A stretch of DNA of 64,000 bases from contig CANIQT010000014.1 of NCBI GenBank assembly GCA_947469885.1, forward strand, positions 44,305-108,304, read 5' to 3'. The stretch comes from Bacteroidota bacterium (GTDB lineage Bacteria > Bacteroidota > Bacteroidia > 2-12-FULL-35-15). The position numbers were made by a program, and so were the translations under genes. Below the pieces are notes generated by a model. That model was not told where the DNA came from, searched no databases, and was given only the letters and a program-made list of their open reading frames with translations. This document shows, piece after piece, positions 11,128 through 21,424 of the stretch; position 1 is the stretch's first letter, and the number at the start of each line of letters is the position of its first letter.

Positions 11128-12759
11128 CTATTTATTCTCTTTCTTCACTCTCTTCAACCCCAGCAAATTCATAGTATTTATAGTCAAACCACTAATATTA
11201 TTTTGCACCAACCTCACCACCTCATCATAATACAAAGGAGCCACAGGCGCATCCTCAATCAATAACTTATCCATTTCTCGGTAATAAAAATAACGAACAG
11301 AATCATTCAACTCCTCCCTCGATTTTTCGTACAACAAATCAAATGCAGCATTATCATAATGCGTATAATTAAATCCCTTTGGACTTTTATTTTTAGAATA
11401 AAACAACGATAAAAAATTTTCCTCATCAGCATAATCAGCCACCCACGATTTTCTGAAAAAATTAATTTTCGAATTAGCCGCATTCTCCGAAAGCACCGAA
11501 GGTTTCTGCACATCTATTTTTATTTTAATTCCAAACTCCGATAATTGCGATTGAATATATTCGGCCAGTTCCAAATACTGTTCGCTTGTAGCCAGCATAA
11601 TATCAGGCAATCCTTTTCCATTCGCAAAGCCAGCTTCCGCCAGCAATGCCCTCACTTTATCAGGATTATAATCATAACCTTTCACGATAGATGAATTATA
11701 CGAGGGCAATCCGGGAGGTATAAAACCTGCTGTTGCAGGTATCCCCAAATTTTTCCTCAGATATTGCACCATCTTTTTTCTGTCAAAACCATAGTTAATT
11801 GCTTTACGAATTTCTTTAATTTTTAAAGGAGAATTTTTTACAACCGCCAACTCTTCATCAATCACAAAACCCAAATAATCTGTTTTCAAAAATGGAGTGG
11901 TTTGTAACGTAAATTTATTTTTATACTCATCATTAATTATTCCTTCAGGAGTAAGCACTTCATCTGTATTTATTGCATCAATCCCCGAAACTATATCAGT
12001 AGCGCCTTTCAGAAAATTAAGAAACGATGTTTCCCTGTCTTTTATAAACGTAACCGCAACAGCATCCAAATACGGCAAACGGTTTTTTTTATCGTATTCA
12101 AAATAATTATCATTCTTCAGCAAAACTATTTTCGAACCTTCTTCCCACATTTTAAATTTGAAAGGTCCGGTACCTACGGGATTAATTCTAAAATCTTCGG
12201 CATATAAAGCAATTGCTTCTTTCGGAACAACCGAAAAATATTTCATTGTCAAAATTCCCAGAAAAGGAACAAAAGGTTTTTTAAGATGAATCAAAAAAGT
12301 AGAATCATTGAGTGCTTCAAAAGCTTTATTGTTTTCGTTATCAACAAAAGTAAGCAACGTAGAAGCACTCGAAACCTTGGCATCAAACAAACGATTAAAA
12401 CTAAAAACAAAATCAGCTGCAATTACTTTTCTACCTTTTCCATTTTTAAAACATTTGTTATCATGGAAAAAAACATCATCACGTAAATGAAAAGTATATG
12501 TCATTTCATCTTCCGAAATAGTCCATAATTTTGCAATGCACGCTTCAATTTGCAACGAATCATTCATTTGAACAAAACCATTAAACAATTGATTAACCAA
12601 TGCAATGTTTTCGAAACTAACAGCAGCAGCCGGGTCTAAAGATGTAACCGAACCCATTTCATTATATTTAAAAACAGTTCGTGTTTCTTTTTTTTCTTCG
12701 GATGAAGAGCAAGAAGAAATAATTAATAAAATAAAAAAAGAATAAACGGTTTTGTGCAT
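11128..12759 (-). CDS. ABC transporter substrate-binding lipoprotein, family 5 (peptide/nickel type)
   Basis: 543 aa. Lipoprotein signal (LLIISSCSS) and family-5 SBP-like architecture. Confidence 0.75.
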   Translation of the reverse strand: MHKTVYSFFILLIISSCSSSEEKKETRTVFKYNEMGSVTSLDPAAAVSFENIALVNQLFNGFVQMNDSLQIEACIAKLWTISEDEMTYTFHLRDDVFFHDNKCFKNGKGRKVIAADFVFSFNRLFDAKVSSASTLLTFVDNENNKAFEALNDSTFLIHLKKPFVPFLGILTMKYFSVVPKEAIALYAEDFRINPVGTGPFKFKMWEEGSKIVLLKNDNYFEYDKKNRLPYLDAVAVTFIKDRETSFLNFLKGATDIVSGIDAINTDEVLTPEGIINDEYKNKFTLQTTPFLKTDYLGFVIDEELAVVKNSPLKIKEIRKAINYGFDRKKMVQYLRKNLGIPATAGFIPPGLPSYNSSIVKGYDYNPDKVRALLAEAGFANGKGLPDIMLATSEQYLELAEYIQSQLSEFGIKIKIDVQKPSVLSENAANSKINFFRKSWVADYADEENFLSLFYSKNKSPKGFNYTHYDNAAFDLLYEKSREELNDSVRYFYYREMDKLLIEDAPVAPLYYDEVVRLVQNNISGLTINTMNLLGLKRVKKENK

Positions 12760-12783
12760 TTTGAGTAAAAAGTATTTTTAATA

Positions 12784-12820
12784 AAAACCCCTTTCAGTGA
12801 TTCAACTCTGAAAGGGGTTT
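12784..12820 (-). terminator. Rho-independent terminator for the large T9SS cargo gene
   Basis: Perfect 10-bp stem CCCCTTTCAG ... CTGAAAGGGG followed on the minus strand by a T-run. Confidence 0.7.
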
Positions 12821-12838
12821 AGCATTGTATTATTTTAT

Positions 12839-15800
12839 TTATTGTAGCACTAATTTTTTCGAGATGAACTCATCACCCGAGCGAAGTGTAACGGTGTACA
12901 TTCCTTTCGGTTGATTCGAAAGGTCGGCTTCTATACTTTCAGCGGTTAGATTTTTAAAAGCATATTCAAACACTTTTTTCCCAAGCAAATCAAATATTTC
13001 CACCAAACCATCTTTGCGACTTGCCAAATCAATATTAATATAAACATGCCCGTCAGTAGGGTTAGGGAAAACATTTAACTGCGCCTTATCAGTAAAAATA
13101 TATTCGTTAATACTATTGGTCAATCCAACAGTAAACTGCTGATAAATCTTTCCTCCAAAGTCTGCCCCAAAATTTTTCAAAAGTGCATTTGGTGTTACTT
13201 TTCTGAACTGCAAATATCCTGCACCTTGTGCAGTATTAGCCCACCATTGCAATCCATCCCCTCCGCCACCACCATTACCTGCAGCATTATCAGTAAGTTC
13301 AAAAGTATAACAACCATTAGCAAGGGTCAATGTATCTCTATAGGTAAAGTTTGCAGCCATTCCACTTCTCGACATAATTATATTTCCTGCATCATCTTTC
13401 AAGGTATAAGCATTGTCTTGCGGAAACGAATTTGTTTTCAAAACAATAACCATTTGCGATGGCATCACTTGTGGATACGTGAAATGTGAAAGTTTAGTAT
13501 TGTTATTTGCGTATTGGTCAGCGCCTCCATTCGGATTGCTTACTGTTGCAGTAAAATCAGAAGCACCTTGAGCCCAAGCAAACGTGCCCAATGTAACAGT
13601 TGCCGATTCAGTAATTTTCAAACTACCTGTCCAGTGATAAACAGATAATACACCACCAACCAAACCATAAGTAATATCCAACGATGTTAAAACTGTTGAC
13701 CCTGTATTTTTTATTTTCACAATTGGATTGGTACAAACCGGATTTAATCGTTGCCACATCTGATCTTTGCTTGGCGAAAGAACATCTTCAATTGCTGCAT
13801 CAAGCGTAAAATTCGGTGCTCCATAAGTAATCAACTGATCTTCTATTTGAAAATAATCCCAACCTCCGGTATGTGTATAAGCTTGAACATTGTGTTTCAA
13901 CGAAACAGGACTTCCGGGAACAGAGAAAGGAGTCAACTCCCAATCGTAAGTCCATACTTCTGCTCCTGGGCACCAGTTCGCTCTGCTATATACCCATGTT
14001 CCTCCCTGCGGATAAAGCGGATTCACATCACAATTATCTCTCCATACCGATTTAGAATACTGTTGAAAACCATTCACCAAAAAGTAATGCGTTTTTGCAC
14101 AAAACTCAGAGCAATTTTGTGGTGTATCCATTCCATGTCCTGTTATTCTCGATTTCCATCTAGTACTCATTGCGTTGTTTGCAATCGGAATAGTTAATGT
14201 TGCTAGGTGATTGATTGAGTCAGTTGGAGTTCCGTAATTAAATCCTCCGTTCCATAAGTTTTTTACAGCAATTGGGTCGCGTGGCGGAATTCCTTTGATT
14301 AATAAAAATTTTACATCTAATAATTCTTGCCAATTACCTGCACTTAGGTGAACACTATCCGCTAGTAATGTTCGATAATCACTTACATCAAACGTCCATG
14401 TAAAACCATTACCCAAACTTAATCCATTTCCATAAGGGGTAATGTATCTGGCTAATTCATATCGTATCACTTGTGGAAATTTTTGATACCAGTTGTAATA
14501 AAATCGGTTGATGGTACTGTCGGCAGTTACCAAGGTGGAGTCGTATGCTACTCCCTGTGGGGTGTATAAATAATTGTTGTAATATGTTTGCCATACATTC
14601 ATTGTATCAGTAGCCACTCCTGGATTGTTAATTGAATCATTATAAGTAATAATTTGAACTGGTGCATTCACTGTAGTGTCAACAACCAATACCGAATCCA
14701 AGTGTTGTGTATATACCCCTTGCTCAAAAATAATATTTGGACGGAAAGTAGTTCTCGAAAAATTGGAAACAATCTGATTTGCAGGTCTCAATGGATTATC
14801 AACAGAAGCAAGTGTTGCCGAAGCATTTCCACCCATAGCTATATCATAAAATGTTTGATAATTTCCATCATCACAGTGATAATAAACCGCCAAGTTATTG
14901 TAGTTAGGATGAGCCGCATCAATTTGTTTATTCATATATGCCTGTATAGTGGCTGGAGATAGCTCTGCATTGAACACTGAAAATTCATCAATTTTCCCTT
15001 CATATGTTTGCGAGCCCCCCCAGTTTCCTCTTCCTATTTTAAAATTTTTAATCCCTTTCATACTCTTGGTCATAGCAGTGCCTGTGTGCCAAAGCACACC
15101 GTTCAAATAAATATTCATAACTCCCGTTACTGTATTTTTAGTAAACGCCCAATGATTCCATTTTCCTTTTATTTCGCTGCTTACCGCTGGTTTATTAATT
15201 CGGTCGTATGATGTTCCTCCGTATCCTGCATCCCAATACACATTGCTATTCGACCATGGGAGATGAGAATTCAATAAACGGTTTCCCAAAGAATCAACTG
15301 CTTCAAATGCTGTCCCATCCATAGGTTGAAGGTTTGGGGAGCCGTAACACCACAAGGTAACTGTTACAAATGAATCAATAGAAACCAATTTGTTATTTAA
15401 AGGAATAGAAACATATCCGTACTGATGAAATGAAGCTACCCTATCACTACCTGAGTTATATAATTCAGCAGGAAATGATGTTACAGATGATGCCACTTCA
15501 TTATCAACTCCAGAAATCGTATTATCATAAGTTATGTCTATTAATAAATTAGAAGTCCCGTTCCAGTTGAATGGGGTCGTAAATTGCAAACTGTTCCATC
15601 CTGTTGACGAGAATTGTGTGTTTTGAGAATAAACCGTTGTCAGGACACTATCGCTGTAAGTAGCTTGTGTTAGTGAATCCAATGGAGAATGTTTTATCCG
15701 AATAGTTAAATTGTGCATTGAGCCACCAAGCGTTTGTAAATAAAATTGCAAACCCGTAATATTTCCAGTACTCATTCCTGCTGCACTTATTTCAGATGCT

Positions 15801-16291
15801 TTCCACAAATACTGAGAATGTGAAACCGGGTCAGAAGTTCCGAACGGGATATTATCATTAGCTATTCCAGTGCCTACAGTGTCGGTGGTTAAAGAAGTGG
15901 TACCTGTGTTCACCATATAATATTGCCATGTGGGGTGATAACTGTAAGAAGGTGTGTTCATATAACTATAACTCGAAGGGGCAGCTCCATTTACTGTAAA
16001 AGTAGGCTGATGTATCAATGTAGAATCCTGCAGGCCGGTATGTTTGTATAAATAAGTATAAGTCAGATAATCCCATTCACCACAGGCAGGGTTTTGTCCA
16101 GGGTTACATTTTAAAGTGTACTTCATCAACACTTTTTCGCAGCGCAACGTGTCTTTTGGAAACACAAACCAAGCATTCTGTGTGGAACCGAAAGAGAAAG
16201 CCTGCACCACAACTGTATCTCCAGGATTGGCAAATGATTTTGAATTTGAAAAGTAAAGAAATACGATACTGAATATTAATAATTTTTTCAT
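12839..16291 (-). CDS. Large secreted T9SS cargo protein with a LamG/concanavalin-like domain and a type-A Por C-terminal sorting domain
   Basis: 1150 aa with a signal peptide. The C-terminus (NVFPNPTDGHVYINI ... GMYTVTLRSGDEFISKKLVLQ) is a typical T9SS CTD. Confidence 0.8.
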   Translation of the reverse strand: MKKLLIFSIVFLYFSNSKSFANPGDTVVVQAFSFGSTQNAWFVFPKDTLRCEKVLMKYTLKCNPGQNPACGEWDYLTYTYLYKHTGLQDSTLIHQPTFTVNGAAPSSYSYMNTPSYSYHPTWQYYMVNTGTTSLTTDTVGTGIANDNIPFGTSDPVSHSQYLWKASEISAAGMSTGNITGLQFYLQTLGGSMHNLTIRIKHSPLDSLTQATYSDSVLTTVYSQNTQFSSTGWNSLQFTTPFNWNGTSNLLIDITYDNTISGVDNEVASSVTSFPAELYNSGSDRVASFHQYGYVSIPLNNKLVSIDSFVTVTLWCYGSPNLQPMDGTAFEAVDSLGNRLLNSHLPWSNSNVYWDAGYGGTSYDRINKPAVSSEIKGKWNHWAFTKNTVTGVMNIYLNGVLWHTGTAMTKSMKGIKNFKIGRGNWGGSQTYEGKIDEFSVFNAELSPATIQAYMNKQIDAAHPNYNNLAVYYHCDDGNYQTFYDIAMGGNASATLASVDNPLRPANQIVSNFSRTTFRPNIIFEQGVYTQHLDSVLVVDTTVNAPVQIITYNDSINNPGVATDTMNVWQTYYNNYLYTPQGVAYDSTLVTADSTINRFYYNWYQKFPQVIRYELARYITPYGNGLSLGNGFTWTFDVSDYRTLLADSVHLSAGNWQELLDVKFLLIKGIPPRDPIAVKNLWNGGFNYGTPTDSINHLATLTIPIANNAMSTRWKSRITGHGMDTPQNCSEFCAKTHYFLVNGFQQYSKSVWRDNCDVNPLYPQGGTWVYSRANWCPGAEVWTYDWELTPFSVPGSPVSLKHNVQAYTHTGGWDYFQIEDQLITYGAPNFTLDAAIEDVLSPSKDQMWQRLNPVCTNPIVKIKNTGSTVLTSLDITYGLVGGVLSVYHWTGSLKITESATVTLGTFAWAQGASDFTATVSNPNGGADQYANNNTKLSHFTYPQVMPSQMVIVLKTNSFPQDNAYTLKDDAGNIIMSRSGMAANFTYRDTLTLANGCYTFELTDNAAGNGGGGGDGLQWWANTAQGAGYLQFRKVTPNALLKNFGADFGGKIYQQFTVGLTNSINEYIFTDKAQLNVFPNPTDGHVYINIDLASRKDGLVEIFDLLGKKVFEYAFKNLTAESIEADLSNQPKGMYTVTLRSGDEFISKKLVLQ

Positions 16292-16477
16292 TAAAATTTT
16301 GTTTGGTTTTTTTGTCGTGTAAAACTATAAATTTATTTGACAACTAAAACCAATTGTTAATGAAGTACAGGTTTTTGTTAATAAAAATTTCGTTTTTGGG
16401 GTGAGGCATAAGCAAGATGATAATTCGAGAAAGTTTGTCCTTTATTGGTTGTAATCTTAAAAATAAATCTTACAAGT

Positions 16478-16491
16478 ATGATTTTGGTCAT
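16478..16491. promoter_or_regulatory. FNR/DNR-like palindrome aTGATtttgGTCAt upstream of the fasciclin gene
   Basis: TGAT-N4-GTCA palindrome centred about 43 nt upstream of a TAATTTTG -7 box (16514-16521). Confidence 0.4.
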
Positions 16492-16551
16492 AAAAATTTA
16501 TATAAAGAGATAGTAATTTTGGCAAATTATTAATCAAAAAAACTTACGATT

Positions 16552-17124
16552 ATGAAAAAGAAAAACTTTTATTTAATGACAGTTGGTATAGTATTATTGG
16601 CTGCATCATGCAATTCGGGCGATACTTCGCCTGCTACAACAACAGCGGAAACAACAAGTGCAAACGTTCCATTAACAGGACAATCAGGAGTGGCTGATGA
16701 TGTATCAGCAAAAAACATTGTTCAAACAGCAGTGGGAAGTAAAGACCACACCACACTGGTGGCTGCCGTAAAAGCTGCTGAATTAGTTGATGTATTGAGC
16801 AATACAGGACCATTTACTGTATTTGCTCCAACAAATGCTGCATTTGAAAAACTGCCGGCAGGAACTGTTGAAGGTTTGCTAAAACCTGAAAAGAAAGAAG
16901 ATTTGCAGGACATTTTGCAATATCACGTTTCGGTAGGAGTGTACCAGGCAGATGCTTTGCAAGATGGTCAAACACTAGGTCAGGTGAATGGTGGTAATAT
17001 TAAAATCACAAAAAAAGACGGAAAGATTATGGTGAATGGTACTGCCACTGTGCTTGCTTCAATTCAAACAAGCAATGGTGTTATTCATTTTATTGACGGT
17101 GTATTGCTTCCGCCTAAGCAATAG
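16552..17124 (+). CDS. Fasciclin (FAS1) domain lipoprotein
   Basis: 190 aa. Lipoprotein signal (LLAASCNS). HTTLVAAVKAAELVDVL and FTVFAPTNAAF are canonical FAS1 boxes. Confidence 0.85.
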   Translation: MKKKNFYLMTVGIVLLAASCNSGDTSPATTTAETTSANVPLTGQSGVADDVSAKNIVQTAVGSKDHTTLVAAVKAAELVDVLSNTGPFTVFAPTNAAFEKLPAGTVEGLLKPEKKEDLQDILQYHVSVGVYQADALQDGQTLGQVNGGNIKITKKDGKIMVNGTATVLASIQTSNGVIHFIDGVLLPPKQ

Positions 17125-17151
17125 TTTTGGTTTATAATTAGTATCTGAAAA

Positions 17152-17181
17152 AGCGTAAACATATTGTTTACGCTTTTTTTT
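17152..17181. terminator. Bidirectional rho-independent terminator between the fasciclin gene and the nos operon end
   Basis: Hairpin AGCGTAAACA-tatt-TGTTTACGCT flanked by an A-run and a T-run. Confidence 0.65.
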
Positions 17182-17217
17182 ATTAATAAATTTTATAAAA
17201 ATAAAACAGAAGAAAAG

Positions 17218-17589
17218 TCAGGGTATAAGTTTTATTTGCATCACCGTGGAGATACTTAATGCCCGCTGTTTAGCAAGTTCAGCATTAGGTCCTTCAAATA
17301 ATTCATCCACGGTTTGAATGAATAATCTTTCCCATTGCTCAAAATGTTCTTTTGTAAGTGGACTGATACGGCTGAGATGACGATGAATATTCATAGTATC
17401 ACCTGTATAACCACCTGTGTAGAATAACGCATTTCCCCAAAAACTATACATAACAGGCAAATGTTTCTCCCAGTTTACCTTTACAACATCATTAAAAATA
17501 TAACCAATTACGGAGTCTTCTTTTACTTTATCGTAAAACAAATTAATTAGCTGTTCAATATCTTCTCTGTTTAATAAATCTGTTTTCAT
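17218..17589 (-). CDS. Truncated hemoglobin (group II/III trHb-like globin), last gene of the nos operon
   Basis: 123 aa. Pattern FY...V..D..IGYIF ... GGYTG ... NIHRHL ... F..W consistent with a trHb fold. It lies 14 bp downstream of nosY. Confidence 0.55.
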   Translation of the reverse strand: MKTDLLNREDIEQLINLFYDKVKEDSVIGYIFNDVVKVNWEKHLPVMYSFWGNALFYTGGYTGDTMNIHRHLSRISPLTKEHFEQWERLFIQTVDELFEGPNAELAKQRALSISTVMQIKLIP

Positions 17590-17603
17590 TTTCTATTACT
17601 ATT

Positions 17604-18371
17604 TTACAAATCTTTTCTTTTAAATTTAGCTAGCGACAACTTAAGCGGAACGATTACCCATAATACTAAAACGGAAAGTGCGGTAACAAAACCAACATTG
17701 GTTCCGAAAAAATCCTTGAATACAGCTCCTGTATATCCCATCAATGCAGAAACATCCAACCTTAACAAAATAACAATACGGCTTAAGTCTATTGGATTGA
17801 AACCACTTATAACCATCATTGGCTTTTCGAGCGGATAGTCTGAAAATTGAAAAAGAAGAAATAAAATCAGACCGTCAAAAATTAAAGCAAAATACAACCA
17901 AAGAAGAATTGAAACACCTATCCCTTTAGCCTTGTCTCGCGAAGAAACCGCAGCAAGCAATGCAATGGCGACAAAAATAACTGAAAGTAATGAGCCAACA
18001 ATAGCCATTATCAAACCAGTTACAGTTGGTTCATATATCAGTAACGGAACACCTGCACCAATTAAAAATGCTAAGGAAAGCGATGCAGATAAACCATAAA
18101 ATAAACTCAGCCATATTTGCTTCCTCCGCAAAGGTTGACTTAGCAGTAATTCGATAAATTCAGAACTATTGTAAACATATATAGTTGAAAATATAATTGA
18201 AACTAATGGCACAATGAATAAAACTAAATTTAATAAACTTAATAATCCCTTGGCTGTATTATCCTCGAGGCTAAATACGCTGAAGGAAATAATGAATAAA
18301 ATAAAAGTATATGCTAATACAATTTTACTCCTCAGTATATCTATAACAACGTATTTAATTACCTTATTCAT
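17604..18371 (-). CDS. nosY: ABC-2 type permease NosY
   Basis: 255 aa, 6 TM helices, directly downstream of the nosF ATPase in the nos cluster. Confidence 0.75.
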   Translation of the reverse strand: MNKVIKYVVIDILRSKIVLAYTFILFIISFSVFSLEDNTAKGLLSLLNLVLFIVPLVSIIFSTIYVYNSSEFIELLLSQPLRRKQIWLSLFYGLSASLSLAFLIGAGVPLLIYEPTVTGLIMAIVGSLLSVIFVAIALLAAVSSRDKAKGIGVSILLWLYFALIFDGLILFLLFQFSDYPLEKPMMVISGFNPIDLSRIVILLRLDVSALMGYTGAVFKDFFGTNVGFVTALSVLVLWVIVPLKLSLAKFKRKDL

Positions 18372-19083
18372 TAATCAGTGTTTTGGCCATAACATTTGCA
18401 ATAGCTTTAGATAATTTTTGTTCACCTGTTTCAGTACGCAACACTTCAATATCTTTATGAAATATTAATTTCCCATCTTGAATGTATATAATTTGAGTTA
18501 CAATATCATCCAACTCGGAAAGCACATGAGAGGTAATAAGGACAAGTTTGCCTTTTTGTTTTTCTTTAATTATTTTTTCTCTTAAAATTTCAGCTGCAAG
18601 TGGATCAAGACCTGCGGTTGGCTCATCAAGTATTAGAACTTCAGCATTAAACAAAAAAGCGAATAAGGCAGAAACCTTTTGACGTGTTCCTCCTGACAAT
18701 GTTCGCATACGCTTGTCAAGCATTTTGTCTAATTGAAAACTATATAACAATTCTTCATCAATGTTATTTTTATTCTCCCTTCGAATATCTTTCATCATTT
18801 TTATGAGTTGGCCAATGGTCATATTATCAGGATAACGACCTATCTGAGGCATGTAACCAATTTGAGAACGGTACATCCAGTTTTTAGAAATAGTTTTATT
18901 GTTAAATAAAATATCTCCAGAGTCTGGCACTACCAAGCCAAGAATAGATTTAATAAATGTTGTTTTTTCGCTTCCGTTCGGACCAATCAATGCAATACAC
19001 TCACCTGCGTTGCAAGTGATATTTATTGAATCCAAAGCCACCAGCTTCCCAAAATGTTTTGAAATATTTTTTGCAATAATCAT
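18364..19083 (-). CDS. nosF: ABC transporter ATP-binding protein NosF
   Basis: 239 aa. Walker A (GPNGSEKTT), ABC signature (LSGGTRQK) and Walker B (LILDEPT). Confidence 0.85.
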   Translation of the reverse strand: MIIAKNISKHFGKLVALDSINITCNAGECIALIGPNGSEKTTFIKSILGLVVPDSGDILFNNKTISKNWMYRSQIGYMPQIGRYPDNMTIGQLIKMMKDIRRENKNNIDEELLYSFQLDKMLDKRMRTLSGGTRQKVSALFAFLFNAEVLILDEPTAGLDPLAAEILREKIIKEKQKGKLVLITSHVLSELDDIVTQIIYIQDGKLIFHKDIEVLRTETGEQKLSKAIANVMAKTLINE

Positions 19084-20324
19084 AAAGACAAAGATTTCAT
19101 TAAAGGAGTTTCATCTTTTAAATTTTCAGGGGTAAGTGTGGGGATTATTTTCTCTGTTTTATCCAGCAACGAAACCATGATACTTCTAAATAAAATCATC
19201 GCTGGCGGGTTTTGCTCAATTATTACAGAAAACATACTTATGGGACGATAGGGTACATCACCTATATTATCTTCATTGATATCGTACCCTTCATATTTAT
19301 CCCAATAATTACTGTTAAATGAATTAAGAACCAAAGTACCATTGGTGCCAACATCAAAGGTATTACCAAAAAAATTGTTTTTTGTAACAGTAACATCCAT
19401 ACAACTTGCCTGAATTTTTATAGCCCATCCGTTAGATTCAAATATATTTTTCTGCATTTCGCATCTGCTTGCACCTTCCATATATATTCCAACAGTATTT
19501 TTTCTGAACTTGTTATTTATTATGTAACTATCTGAAATTTCTTTTAACAGCAAACCAAAAGCGGCATCCCCCCAATTTTCTTCAAAGGTATTATTAAACA
19601 TTTTAACTCCTGTGGTAAACATCACTGCAACACCTGCACCGTTATTTCTGAAAAGATTTGTTATGTAGGAATCTTTATTGGAAAACATAAAATGCAAACC
19701 ATACCGAATATTATCCGTAGAAATATTTCTCCAGATAATTGAGTTTGTCACAAATTCAAAATATATACCGTCACGATGCCCCGAAACAGTGTTACCAATT
19801 ATTTGCATACTATCGCATTTCCAGCAATGAATTCCATTTCCAATTTCCTGTTCCTGTTTACCGTATGATCTAAGTTGATTGTTTTTAATTACACAGTTCT
19901 TTCCATTTTGAGTATAAATTCCAAAAAAAGTATCATCAATAATATTATCTGAAATCGTAACTTTATGTGCATCATAAATTTTTATTCCAGCCGGGTCAAT
20001 TAAAGTTCCGTAGCCTGAATGTTGAATTTTAAATCCTGAGAACGTAACAAAACTAGACTTAATGGAAACTACCTCATATTTGTGTTCTCCATCAAGCACC
20101 GGATAATTAATTCCAATCATTTTAATTGATTTATCGACAATTAGATTATGTTCAAAATAAATACCTGAATTAACTATTATTGTATCGCCATTTGAGGATT
20201 GGTGAATAGCCTTTTGTATGGAATGAATAGAAAATTGTTTGCCAACATTAATTTGTGTTGCATTAGAACCTTGATGGAAAAATAAAATTAAAAAGAATGA
20301 TATTAAGATGATGCGGAGACACAT
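19080..20324 (-). CDS. nosD: Nitrous oxide reductase maturation protein NosD (periplasmic parallel beta-helix copper-binding protein)
   Basis: 414 aa. N-terminal signal, repeated right-handed beta-helix-like NN/GI motifs, and position between nosL and nosF. Confidence 0.8.
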   Translation of the reverse strand: MCLRIILISFFLILFFHQGSNATQINVGKQFSIHSIQKAIHQSSNGDTIIVNSGIYFEHNLIVDKSIKMIGINYPVLDGEHKYEVVSIKSSFVTFSGFKIQHSGYGTLIDPAGIKIYDAHKVTISDNIIDDTFFGIYTQNGKNCVIKNNQLRSYGKQEQEIGNGIHCWKCDSMQIIGNTVSGHRDGIYFEFVTNSIIWRNISTDNIRYGLHFMFSNKDSYITNLFRNNGAGVAVMFTTGVKMFNNTFEENWGDAAFGLLLKEISDSYIINNKFRKNTVGIYMEGASRCEMQKNIFESNGWAIKIQASCMDVTVTKNNFFGNTFDVGTNGTLVLNSFNSNYWDKYEGYDINEDNIGDVPYRPISMFSVIIEQNPPAMILFRSIMVSLLDKTEKIIPTLTPENLKDETPLMKSLSL

Positions 20325-20333
20325 TTATGAATA

Positions 20334-21356
20334 TTAATTAATTAACTGATCCCATGTAACTGCTTGTCCCTTTAATTTTTCGGTGTATAATTTCAAACTA
20401 TCGTTACTAGAGTATGCTGCAATATTTCCACCCATTGGGCTTTTAAGTTCATCGCTCTTTAGCAAAAAAATGTTAGATTGAATAAATAACTGATGAGAGG
20501 AACAAAAATCTGTGAAATAAACATCTTTAATATCTGCTTTTTTCAAGTTACCTTCTTTAATATAAATCAACAAACAATTTATATCATCAAACTTAAATAC
20601 CTTTCCTTTATTAGTAATAGCTTCTGCTCCATATTTGATGTCACTTATTGTCATTTTACAAAACTGACAATTGTCAATTCCTATTTTTATTTGTTGAGGA
20701 GCAGAGGAGCAAGCTGAAATAAAAAGCAAAACAAAAAATAATACAGGAGTCATAGTCAACATATTATTTTTTTTGAATTTCCTGAATTTAAAAAAGTCAG
20801 CCAATGAACTAAATAACAAAACGGCACCTGCTTCTAAAAATATCCATCCACCAACATCCGGAACAGAGTATGCACCAAAATTAAGTAATTGTTTAAAGCC
20901 AATTAATGGTGGTTGATAAGCCATACCTGGAACAATAATGGCAGCTTCCGGATTAAGATTATGCCCATAATTATATTCCCATCTCCAAAAATCAACCATT
21001 GCAATAATACCAAAACAAACAAACAAAAAGCAAAGTATATACATTAGTTTTCTATTACCAATAATTCCAACGGCAACAAAAAACGCTGCAAAAAACATTA
21101 TGATATAGGGAAGAATTGCGAATTCAACAAAATCATCTTTTTGAAGTGTTTTCATTCCTATATAGTGATTAAGTCCATTAATTATATTCACGTTGCCCCC
21201 TAGTGTATGCGGATAGATAAGCAAACGTAAACCCTCCGGATACTGAGGTGCGTCCAAATCAATCCGCCACATGGGAACAAATAAAACCACTATAAGTAAT
21301 AAACCGGATAGAGACAAAATAATTCTAATCCAGTTTTGCATGGGATACTTTTTCAT
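20334..21356 (-). CDS. nosL: Fusion of a 5-TM membrane protein with a NosL-like copper chaperone domain
   Basis: 340 aa. The N-terminal 190 aa are polytopic membrane. An internal lipoprotein-like signal (MLTMTPVLFFVLLFISACSS) precedes a NosL-like C-terminal domain, in the same frame with no stop. Confidence 0.6.
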   Translation of the reverse strand: MKKYPMQNWIRIILSLSGLLLIVVLFVPMWRIDLDAPQYPEGLRLLIYPHTLGGNVNIINGLNHYIGMKTLQKDDFVEFAILPYIIMFFAAFFVAVGIIGNRKLMYILCFLFVCFGIIAMVDFWRWEYNYGHNLNPEAAIIVPGMAYQPPLIGFKQLLNFGAYSVPDVGGWIFLEAGAVLLFSSLADFFKFRKFKKNNMLTMTPVLFFVLLFISACSSAPQQIKIGIDNCQFCKMTISDIKYGAEAITNKGKVFKFDDINCLLIYIKEGNLKKADIKDVYFTDFCSSHQLFIQSNIFLLKSDELKSPMGGNIAAYSSNDSLKLYTEKLKGQAVTWDQLIN

Positions 21357-21424
21357 TTTACAAATTTAAGAGGAAATAAAAAAAGTGTGAGTTAAAGAAC
21401 ATTTTAACTCACACTTAGGGATAA

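Noticed and set aside
20334-20762. Calling nosL as an independent 143-aa gene
   Set aside because: The upstream membrane-protein coding sequence continues in the same frame without a stop. So I kept the single fused ORF as the primary call and flagged the internal start as an alternative.
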